The notes beneath the pieces were generated by a model, which made no database searches, was not told where the DNA came from, and worked only from the letters and a program-made list of their open reading frames with translations. DNA of 13,258 nt, taken from Candidatus Rifleibacteriota bacterium (GTDB taxonomy: Bacteria; Muiribacteriota; Ozemobacteria; Ozemobacterales; Ozemobacteraceae). How positions within the stretch are numbered: position 1 is the first letter of the stretch; each line of letters begins with the position of its first letter. The stretch covers positions 1 through 13,258 of the forward strand of contig JBNJGH010000090.1 of the NCBI GenBank assembly GCA_051747585.1, read 5' to 3'. A program made the translations under genes and the position numbers. Below are positions 1-6,842 of the stretch, piece after piece.

Positions 1-34
1 GCCCTCAGAAAAACACTGGTGTTTTTCTGAGGGC
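1..34. terminator. Perfect 16-bp inverted repeat, probably the intrinsic terminator of a gene upstream of the window
   Basis: GCCCTCAGAAAAACAC (1-16), TG, GTGTTTTTCTGAGGGC (19-34). Only a weak T-tract follows (TTGCTGTT), and the left context is cut by the window edge. Confidence 0.6.
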
Positions 35-78
35 TTGCTGTTGATGTGAACACTGGCTGAAAAAGATTAAAAAATCGT

Positions 79-105
79 CTCGGTGCACTCTGTGCTCTCT
101 GTGGT
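79..105. repeat. Three tandem imperfect 9-mers (CTCkGTGnn)
   Basis: CTCGGTGCA (79-87), CTCTGTGCT (88-96), CTCTGTGGT (97-105): a GC-rich patch in AT-rich intergenic DNA. Confidence 0.65.
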
Positions 106-214
106 TAAAATTCTATATTTGACAGAAAGAAATAATACCAGAACTTTTGGTAACCAGCTAATAATAATTGACCGAGAATAGTTGATAATTTGTCATATAA
201 AGTCAGAATTGTTC

Positions 215-243
215 CTGCAAATTTAATTTTGCTATGGTAAAAT
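215..243 (+). promoter_or_regulatory. Candidate sigma70 promoter (extended -10) for the hydrolase-nqr block
   Basis: TG-G-TAAAAT at 235-243, a weak -35 CTGCAA (215-220) 17 bp upstream, and GAGGAG (255-260) before ATG 272. Confidence 0.4.
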
Positions 244-271
244 CAATAAAACAAGAGGAGCATATAAAGGC

Positions 272-1114
272 ATGAGCATACTTGAGCAAACATCAGCAAT
301 TGAAATAAATAATACCAGAATTTCATATTCGGTATCGGGCAAAGGCGAAACAATATTGTTTCTCCATGGGAACCCCGGTAGTCGAAAAGACTTTACATCC
401 GTATGTGAAAAAGTGGCAGAAAAAGGCTTTAAATGTATTTTTCTCGACCGACCCGGTCATATGAACAGCGAAGAAATCATTTATGAAGAACCAGATCCCT
501 GGTATGAAACCGAGCTTTATTCGCGTTTGATTGACAGACTTGCAGACGAAAAAACCTGGATAGTCGGCTATTCTTTGGGATGTTTTACTGCTGCCAAAAT
601 TGCCATTAAATACCCCGAAAAGGTCAAGGGACTTGTTTTTCTTGCTCCTTATTTGACTCCCGACAACAAAAATGAAAAACCTTCAAGCATTCCGGAGCTT
701 GCCAAGGGTGCAATACTGGGAACCCTGCTGGGAGTAATGCTGCCAGCCTTGTCGCAAAATAAAATGGAAAAGCATCTTGAAAAAGTTTACGCTCCCGATC
801 GTTTGCCAGATAGTTATCTTGAAACCTGGTTGCCGAGATATACCAGATTTGAGTCTCTTCTGGCTACTATGAACGACAAAAACATGATGCTCGAAATATT
901 AGATGAAGTGCACGGCAAGCTAAGCGAAATTAAATGCCCGGTAATGGTTCTGGCCGGCAAAGAAGACAAGGTTTGCTCCAGCGAAAATCAGCTTGAGCTT
1001 GTTAAAGAAAAAATTAAAAATGCAAAAATTAAGATTCTAGAAGACGCTGGGCATGGGCTGCCTTTGGTTCATCCTTCAGAGTCTGCGGAGTTTGTAATTG
1101 AGTCGATAAAATAA
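272..1114 (+). CDS. Alpha/beta-fold hydrolase (Ser-Asp-His triad), substrate unknown
   Basis: Oxyanion motif FLHGNPGS, DRPGH, nucleophile elbow GYSLG, acid in AGKEDKV, His in AGHGL. No signal peptide. Confidence 0.9.
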   Translation: MSILEQTSAIEINNTRISYSVSGKGETILFLHGNPGSRKDFTSVCEKVAEKGFKCIFLDRPGHMNSEEIIYEEPDPWYETELYSRLIDRLADEKTWIVGYSLGCFTAAKIAIKYPEKVKGLVFLAPYLTPDNKNEKPSSIPELAKGAILGTLLGVMLPALSQNKMEKHLEKVYAPDRLPDSYLETWLPRYTRFESLLATMNDKNMMLEILDEVHGKLSEIKCPVMVLAGKEDKVCSSENQLELVKEKIKNAKIKILEDAGHGLPLVHPSESAEFVIESIK

Positions 1115-1145
1115 ATTATATTAGAATTTAATCTTATGAGGAATT

Positions 1146-2222
1146 ATGTCCAGTTTTCTTAAACCTTATATTCAATATCAAAAGCCACAGGTAAATATGT
1201 TGATTGCGCTTTGCTTTCCATTACTTGGCGCAATTTATAATTTTGGCTGGCGCGCTGCAGTTTATACTCTGGTAGCTATGTTTTGTTGCTGGCTTACCGA
1301 GTATCTGTTCACTCGTCGCGACAACAAGCCTGCCTCTGCAGCAGCTCTTGTTACCGGAATGTTACTTGCTCTGATAAGCCCGCCGAATGTGCCTTTCTGG
1401 CAAATCACCGTTGGTAGTATTTTCTGCATTGTTTTTGCTAAAATGGCCTTTGGGGGGTTCGGTAAAAATATATTCAATCCTGCCATGGTTGGGCGTTGTT
1501 TTTTATATATTAGTTTTCCCGCAGCCCTTGCTGCTACCTGGTATGCTCCCTTTCAAGGTGGTTTGGCAGGCTTTGCCAAATATACGCCTGATCCGGTAGT
1601 CGCCCGTACGGCTGATGTTGAATCAAGCATTTTCAACATAGATGCCATAACAAGCGCTACCACTCTGTCTTCAGTCAAAAAGCTACATTCATATTACCGT
1701 CAGGCCTTAAAAGATGATGATAAAGAGGCTGCGAAAAAAGCGCTGGATTCTTTTAACAGTATATCTCCGGGGCGGCTTGCCATCGGTAATATTAACGGCT
1801 CCATGGGAGAAACAAGTGTGATTCTGATCGTGATTGGCCTTATCTGGCTTCTTTATAATAAGGTCATTTTTATACCCCTTCTTGTTGGCCCTTTTATCGG
1901 CCTGCTGATTGCCAAGATTTTTCTAATTGCTGCCGGGCTGGACTTTTTTCCTTTAACGCAAAGCCTTTTAATTAATATTTTTGCGGGAGGAATGGTATTT
2001 GCCGCAACTTTTATGATTACTGAGCCTATTTCTGCTCCGACCAACAACAAGGCACGCTGGATATATGCCGGGTTAATCGGCTTTTTAGCAACCATAATCA
2101 GAAGTCTTTCGGTTTTTAATGCGGGCTTTATGTTTGCCATTCTTCTCGGAAACACTTTTGGTCCCTTGATAGAAATCGGCATAAAAGGATGGGAAGCGCG
2201 GGCAAAGGAGAAAGCGGCATGA
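1146..2222 (+). CDS. nqrB: NqrB/RnfD-family membrane subunit (covalent FMN, riboflavin)
   Basis: Polytopic membrane protein with ALVTGMLLALISPP, KMAFGGFGKNIFNPAMVGR, flavinylation-type motif DAITSAT(T172), GSMGETS, FMITEPISAP and FAILLGNTFGPLIE. RBS GAGGA before the ATG. Confidence 0.9.
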   Translation: MSSFLKPYIQYQKPQVNMLIALCFPLLGAIYNFGWRAAVYTLVAMFCCWLTEYLFTRRDNKPASAAALVTGMLLALISPPNVPFWQITVGSIFCIVFAKMAFGGFGKNIFNPAMVGRCFLYISFPAALAATWYAPFQGGLAGFAKYTPDPVVARTADVESSIFNIDAITSATTLSSVKKLHSYYRQALKDDDKEAAKKALDSFNSISPGRLAIGNINGSMGETSVILIVIGLIWLLYNKVIFIPLLVGPFIGLLIAKIFLIAAGLDFFPLTQSLLINIFAGGMVFAATFMITEPISAPTNNKARWIYAGLIGFLATIIRSLSVFNAGFMFAILLGNTFGPLIEIGIKGWEARAKEKAA

Positions 2223-2854
2223 TTGATAAAATCAAAACAGTTCTGTTTACTGTTGTTGTAACCGCAGTTTTTGCTTTGCTGGTTAGTGGTGTAAACGCTG
2301 CGCTTCAGGAAACTATAAACAACAACAAAGTTGCGGCCAGGCAAAAAGTAATTCTTTCGCTTTTTGGCTATGCATCTGAGACAGCCAAACTTTCAACTGA
2401 TGATCTTCAGGTTTTTTACAAAAAAAATGTAGATAACCATGAGGCTTTTACAGGCAAAAGCCTTCAAGGGTTCAAACTTAAAAGTTCTGACAAAGATATA
2501 GTAGTCTGTTCTTTTTCCGGGCAGGGCTTCTGGGATGTAATAAAAGGCTTTATTGCAATCGCTCCCAGGGCTCAGGTAATTAAAGGAATCGAGTTTACCC
2601 AGCATGGTGAGACTCCGGGACTTGGTGGTCGTATAAGCGAACCTCAGTTTAAAGCAAGGTTCGCCGACAAGCCAATACCGGCACCTGATAGCGAGGGCGT
2701 GAGGCTTGATTTTGTTCCGGAAGGCTCTGCAGACAAACCCAGAGAGATAGACGGCATTACCGGCGCTACCGGAACCACCTCTGCTCTGGAAACCATAATT
2801 AACAAATCAGTAAATCAGATTTTAACAACGCTTGAAAGGGGGGCTGAAAATTGA
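2219..2854 (+). CDS. nqrC: NqrC/RnfG-family membrane-anchored FMN-binding subunit (start revised from 2189 to 2219)
   Basis: ATG 2219 overlaps the nqrB stop (ATGA), with AAGGAG upstream. One N-terminal TM helix, GQGFWDVIKG, HGETPGLGGRI and flavinylation motif DGITGAT(T184). Confidence 0.88.
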   Translation: MIDKIKTVLFTVVVTAVFALLVSGVNAALQETINNNKVAARQKVILSLFGYASETAKLSTDDLQVFYKKNVDNHEAFTGKSLQGFKLKSSDKDIVVCSFSGQGFWDVIKGFIAIAPRAQVIKGIEFTQHGETPGLGGRISEPQFKARFADKPIPAPDSEGVRLDFVPEGSADKPREIDGITGATGTTSALETIINKSVNQILTTLERGAEN

Positions 2855-3474
2855 GTCCAGCCAATGGCCCTGTTAAGGGAACGGCCGCTTTCAAAAGAAT
2901 GATCTGGGAACAAAACCCGATTATAGGCCAGATTCTAGGAATTTGTTCTGCTCTTGCGGTTACCAATCTGGTTAAGAATACCCTGGTAATGTGTATTGGG
3001 CTGATTTTTACTCTAATGATGTCCTGCCTTACCGTTTCCTTGTTGAGAAACGCAATCCCCCGGCGGGTTAGAATGATTATTCAGGTTCTGATAATAGCGG
3101 CTTATGTAATAATTCTTAAAATTTTTCTAGACGCATATCTTCCGGAAATCAGCAATCAATTAGGGCCTTATGTAGGTCTTATTATTACCAACTGTATTGT
3201 TATGGGAAGAACCGAAGGCTATGCTATGGCTAATAAACCCTGGGACGCCGTTTTAGACGGTCTGGGGGGCGGCATCGGTTATTCAATGGTTCTTCTCCCG
3301 ATTGCAATGGTTAGAGAGCCTCTTGGGCTTGGCAGCTTTTTTGGAATCGAAATTATTCCCCGGGATTGGACCAAATGGAATTTAATGGTAATTGCCCCCA
3401 GCGGGTTCTTTGGTCTGGCAACCTATATATGGATTGCCCGCTCTATTAATAAATCGAACCGGGGGGGTAAATAA
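2851..3474 (+). CDS. nqrD: NqrD/RnfE-family membrane subunit
   Basis: TTG start overlapping the nqrC stop (TTGA), G-rich RBS. QILGICSALAVT, IPRRVRMIIQVLII and YVGLIITNCIVMGR carry both conserved Cys of the intramembrane Fe-S site. Confidence 0.92.
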   Translation: MSPANGPVKGTAAFKRMIWEQNPIIGQILGICSALAVTNLVKNTLVMCIGLIFTLMMSCLTVSLLRNAIPRRVRMIIQVLIIAAYVIILKIFLDAYLPEISNQLGPYVGLIITNCIVMGRTEGYAMANKPWDAVLDGLGGGIGYSMVLLPIAMVREPLGLGSFFGIEIIPRDWTKWNLMVIAPSGFFGLATYIWIARSINKSNRGGK

Positions 3475-4073
3475 TGGATATTCAAAGTATTAACCCCTTT
3501 ATTATATTTTTTGCAGCAATTACTACCAACAATATTCTTTTAACCAATTTTCTGGGAATGTGTTCTTATCTGGCTGTTTCCAAAGATCTTAAAAGCTCAA
3601 TCGGGCTAGGTGGTGCGGTTATTTTTGTTCTGACATGCACTGCCCCGTTAAACTGGCTGGTTTACTATAAATTGCTGGTACCCAACGAACTCGAATATCT
3701 GCAGTACATTGCTTTCATAATTGTAATTGCAGCATTCGTTCAGATAATAGAAATGATTATTGAGCGGGTCAGCACGGCGCTTTATTTGACTCTTGGCATA
3801 TTTTTGCCCTTGATAACCGTTAACTGCGCCATACTTGGAACATCACTTTTTCTGATAATCAGACAATATACCTTTTTACAGACAATTGCTTACGGTCTTG
3901 GTTCCGGAGTGGGCTGGGCCCTGGCAATAGCTGCCCTTGCCGGCATAAGAGTGAAAATGGAAAAAAGATCGAAGGTTCCACCCGAAATCGAAGGTGCCGG
4001 CATAGCTTTGATTATAACCGGAATTATGGCTATGGCATTTATCGGCTTTTCAGGAATTGTAAGAATTAACTGA
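3474..4073 (+). CDS. nqrE: NqrE/RnfA-family membrane subunit
   Basis: TAATG coupling with nqrD. FLGMCSYLAVSK, LGIFLPLITVNCAILG, GSGVGWALAI and ITGIMAMAFIGFSGI. Confidence 0.92.
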   Translation: MDIQSINPFIIFFAAITTNNILLTNFLGMCSYLAVSKDLKSSIGLGGAVIFVLTCTAPLNWLVYYKLLVPNELEYLQYIAFIIVIAAFVQIIEMIIERVSTALYLTLGIFLPLITVNCAILGTSLFLIIRQYTFLQTIAYGLGSGVGWALAIAALAGIRVKMEKRSKVPPEIEGAGIALIITGIMAMAFIGFSGIVRIN

Positions 4074-4086
4074 CACAGGGAATAAA

Positions 4087-5187
4087 ATGAATCAGATATT
4101 GACTGCAACTATTGTTTTAAGTGCTTTAAGCGGTGCTTTAACTGTTTTATTACTCATTGCCGAGTATTTTTTTGCTACCTATGGCGAATGTACTATTGAT
4201 GTCAACGACAAAGAAAAAGAATTCAAAGTTGAAGGTGGGGCCAGCCTTTTATCGACCCTGGCAGGCGAAAAGCTTTTTCTGCCTTCCGGTTGCGGCGGAC
4301 GTGGCAGCTGCGGAACATGCAAATGTAAGGTGCTCGATGGCGCTGGCCCGCTTTTGCCAACCGAAACACCTTATTTGAACGACGAAGAAATAAAAAATAA
4401 TGTTCGGCTTTCATGTCAGGTTAAGGTCAAAAATGATATAAAAATTGAAGTCCCCGATGAACTTTTAAGTATCAAGGAATTTGAGACCACAGTCGAAAAA
4501 ATCGAAGATTTGACTCATGATATCAAAGGGCTTCGCTTTAAGCTTTCTGAAAATGAAAAAATGAAGTTTAAAGCCGGCCAATACGTCAATTTGTTTAACA
4601 AGCCTTATGACGATGTCAAAGAAAGCACGTCCAGGGCATACTCAATAAGTTCACCTCCCTCTGATAAGGAAGCCATCGAGCTTGTAATTCGCTATGTACC
4701 CAACGGAATTTTAACAACCTATGTTTTTAATCATCTTAAAGAAGGCGATAAGGCTCGCTTGATCGGTCCATTCGGCGAATTTTATCTGCGCGATAGCGAT
4801 CGTGAAATTGTCTGTATTGCCGGCGGATCCGGTCTTGCCCCTATAAGAAGTATTATTTATGATATGATTGATCGTAAAATTAATAATCGCAAAACAACCT
4901 TCTTTTTTGGCGCAGTGACAACCAAAGACCTTTATTATGTAGAAGAATTTAAAAAACTGGAAGAGCAACACGACTGGTTTTCTTTTGTTCCGGCTCTTTC
5001 CGGTGATGATTCCGATCATCCTTACAAGAATGGTCTTGTTACCGATGTGGTTGCAGATAATTATGAAAGTCTTGCCGAAGCAGAAGGCTATCTTTGTGGC
5101 AGTCCCGGAATGATTGGTGCCTGCGTTAAGGTTTTGACCGGCAAGGGTATGCCTGAAGAAAGAATCTTTTTCGATAAATTTTCCTAA
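4087..5187 (+). CDS. nqrF: NqrF-like NADH-oxidising subunit (TM anchor, 2Fe-2S, FAD and NAD domains)
   Basis: N-terminal TM helix; 2Fe-2S motif PSGCGGRGSCGTCKC...RLSCQVKV; FKAGQY; FAD motif RAYS; GPFGEF; AGGSGLAP; YLCGSPGM; C-terminal FDKFS. Confidence 0.9.
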   Translation: MNQILTATIVLSALSGALTVLLLIAEYFFATYGECTIDVNDKEKEFKVEGGASLLSTLAGEKLFLPSGCGGRGSCGTCKCKVLDGAGPLLPTETPYLNDEEIKNNVRLSCQVKVKNDIKIEVPDELLSIKEFETTVEKIEDLTHDIKGLRFKLSENEKMKFKAGQYVNLFNKPYDDVKESTSRAYSISSPPSDKEAIELVIRYVPNGILTTYVFNHLKEGDKARLIGPFGEFYLRDSDREIVCIAGGSGLAPIRSIIYDMIDRKINNRKTTFFFGAVTTKDLYYVEEFKKLEEQHDWFSFVPALSGDDSDHPYKNGLVTDVVADNYESLAEAEGYLCGSPGMIGACVKVLTGKGMPEERIFFDKFS

Positions 5188-5205
5188 GAAAGGGGCTAGT
5201 AGAAC

Positions 5206-5661
5206 GTGAAACAGACCCCAGAACTCGATTGTATTCAGAGTAAGATGAAGGCGGGGGAACTTACACTTAAAGGTTTCCTTGGAAACGATGATCGAAAGCT
5301 GGCAGATATTCTTGCCGAAGATCAGAGAACTTTGCACCAGCTTGGTATAAGTGTCGATGTTATTTGCGACAAACTTCAAGACCTTACTGAAAAGGGTCGT
5401 GACTTAATGGAACAGGAAGTTAAAGTAGAAGACCGCTATTTAATAAAGGTTCGCGATGATCGCGGAAAAATACCAAGTCCCTGGGGAGACGGCCTTTTTG
5501 AAAAAGGCGACGTTGAATTAACCGATATTGAAAGTGGTAAAAAGCTGAAATGGAACCAGCTTACTCTCAGGCTGGCGCGTGCGCACGGCTTTTTCGGCGG
5601 ATACGGCAGCGAATACAGGCTTGATCCAAAAGAAGTTACCGAAATTCTTGAGCTAACCTGA
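5206..5661 (+). CDS. Uncharacterised soluble protein, last gene of the nqr-like operon
   Basis: GTG start with AAGGGG RBS, 18 bp after nqrF. 151 aa, charged, no TM segment. Motif-like segments GFLGND, RGKIPSPWGDG and HGFFGGYGSEYRLDP. Confidence 0.8.
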   Translation: MKQTPELDCIQSKMKAGELTLKGFLGNDDRKLADILAEDQRTLHQLGISVDVICDKLQDLTEKGRDLMEQEVKVEDRYLIKVRDDRGKIPSPWGDGLFEKGDVELTDIESGKKLKWNQLTLRLARAHGFFGGYGSEYRLDPKEVTEILELT

Positions 5662-5688
5662 CGCTCTAAAAGAATGATTGGTCATTAA

Positions 5689-5722
5689 AAAAGCCTTCTG
5701 TTATTAATAACAGAAGGCTTTT
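5689..5722. terminator. Bidirectional intrinsic terminator (perfect 34-bp palindrome)
   Basis: AAAAGCCTTCTGTTATT|AATAACAGAAGGCTTTT lies between convergent stops at 5661 and 5747, with an A-tract on the left and a T-tract on the right. Confidence 0.88.
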
Positions 5723-5746
5723 GCTTATAAACTGTTTTTGCCAGGC

Positions 5747-6643
5747 TTAAAAGTCAGAAATTCTTTCTACGAAGTCTGGTCTGTCAATAAAAGGATTTCG
5801 GTTGTGTTGGAAATTTTCGACTCGATCGTTTCTTGCTTTTTCAAGTTCGTCGACCGGATCGTTTTTATGCCATTCACGCAGCACTTTTTCCTGCCTGTCG
5901 CCAATATCCATGTTGTATCTGATTGAGAAGTAAAACATAGCTCTGGCAGTGTTTCCACGCTGAACCGGTCTAACTTCGAAAGTTCTATAGTCGGTGCAGC
6001 TTCCGCCTTTTGACCATTTTGGATTTGAAACATAACCGAAGGGGTTGTTGCCTCTGCGGCCATTTGTTTTTGAATCAGTTGGGAAAAGATGGTGCAGGTC
6101 ACTTTTTGCTATTCCTGAAGCTCCGAGAGACTGGGGCCAGGTATGCTCAATGTTCATATTCGAAGCATTGGGCTCGGTATTAGTTTGAAGTTTTCGTCCA
6201 GTATAGACGCATTCAACCCAACCGTCATAGTTGTCTAATTCTATGAATACCAGATCCTGGGCTCTTTGGTAGCCAACTGAAATATGATCTCTAACAATAT
6301 TGAGTAAAGCAGATTTTAAGCGCTCATCTTTCAGATTCTGACAGGGGTCATACAGATCGGAACCTTTTTCAAAATCAACCGAAACAAGGTTGCCGTTTTG
6401 ATCTACCGGGTCGGTTAGTTTGCCGCCGGTAACATGCGAGTATAACTCGGTGATCGAGGCACGTAACCTGAAAATCTGACTTTGAGCTTTTGGAGTTGTG
6501 TGTTCCAGCTCCTCTAGCTCGCGCATTAAATGCTTGTAAAGCTGTTCTGGAGTTCTAGCTGAAGTGTTGCCTGCGTATGCAGCCGTGTAAACAAATAAAC
6601 AACAAAAGACTACTGCTAGAAACTTGAAAGTACGTTTAGACAT
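5747..6643 (-). CDS. Secreted endonuclease I-family (Bsn/EndA-like, His-Me) nuclease (start revised from 6685 to 6643)
   Basis: ATG 6643 is preceded by GAAAGGGG. Sec signal MSKRTFKFLAVVFCCLFVYTAAYA. Motifs ECVYTG, NIEHTWPQS, SDLHHLFPTD..TNGRRGNNPFG, RGNTARAMFYFSIRY, WHKNDPVD and QHNRNPFID. Confidence 0.9.
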   Translation of the reverse strand: MSKRTFKFLAVVFCCLFVYTAAYAGNTSARTPEQLYKHLMRELEELEHTTPKAQSQIFRLRASITELYSHVTGGKLTDPVDQNGNLVSVDFEKGSDLYDPCQNLKDERLKSALLNIVRDHISVGYQRAQDLVFIELDNYDGWVECVYTGRKLQTNTEPNASNMNIEHTWPQSLGASGIAKSDLHHLFPTDSKTNGRRGNNPFGYVSNPKWSKGGSCTDYRTFEVRPVQRGNTARAMFYFSIRYNMDIGDRQEKVLREWHKNDPVDELEKARNDRVENFQHNRNPFIDRPDFVERISDF

Positions 6644-6801
6644 ACTTACCCCTTTCTCATACTCTATACTTATACAGGGTATCAAAATTATTTTGTACTG
6701 CTCCTGATTAAAGACTACACATTAATTATTACAAAAAATAACCATTTCCACAAGGGTAACCCCCAAAAAATGCTATTTTTTTTCTAATATTTTAAAGCTG
6801 A

Positions 6802-6830
6802 GGCTGTCTCATGTTTTAGATGAGACAGCC
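6802..6830 (-). terminator. 11-bp stem-loop just downstream of the peptidase stop
   Basis: GGCTGTCTCAT (6802-6812), 7-nt loop, ATGAGACAGCC (6820-6830), 12 nt after the stop at 6843. The minus-strand U-tract is weak (TCAGCTTT). Confidence 0.55.
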
Positions 6831-6842
6831 CCGAAAACAATT

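Noticed and set aside
149..155. GGTAACC here and at 6755-6761 as a shared operator
   Set aside because: Only 7 bp with dissimilar flanks, so compatible with chance.
2189..2218. ORF-track start of nqrC at 2189
   Set aside because: ATG 2219 has an AAGGAG RBS, overlaps the nqrB stop as ATGA, and places the TM anchor at the N-terminus.
1853..2344. 163-aa antisense ORF, and the other 60-110 aa ORFs nested in real genes
   Set aside because: They overlap well-supported genes completely and have no independent coding evidence.
2420..3467. A8 (2420-2427), G6 (2838-2843) and G7 (3461-3467) runs as phase-variation or frameshift sites
   Set aside because: The frames are intact, the two G runs sit at RBS positions for nqrD and nqrE, and the runs are short.
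1146..5187. Calling the cluster a canonical Rnf
   Set aside because: There is no RnfC or polyferredoxin RnfB, the last subunit is FNR-type NqrF, and the D/E motifs (CSALAVT, GMCSYLAVSK) are Nqr-like.
4711..5379. 222-aa antisense ORF
   Set aside because: It shadows nqrF and the next gene and has no recognisable motifs.
6644..6685. ORF-track start of the nuclease at 6685
   Set aside because: ATG 6643 has a GAAAGGGG RBS and begins a typical signal peptide.
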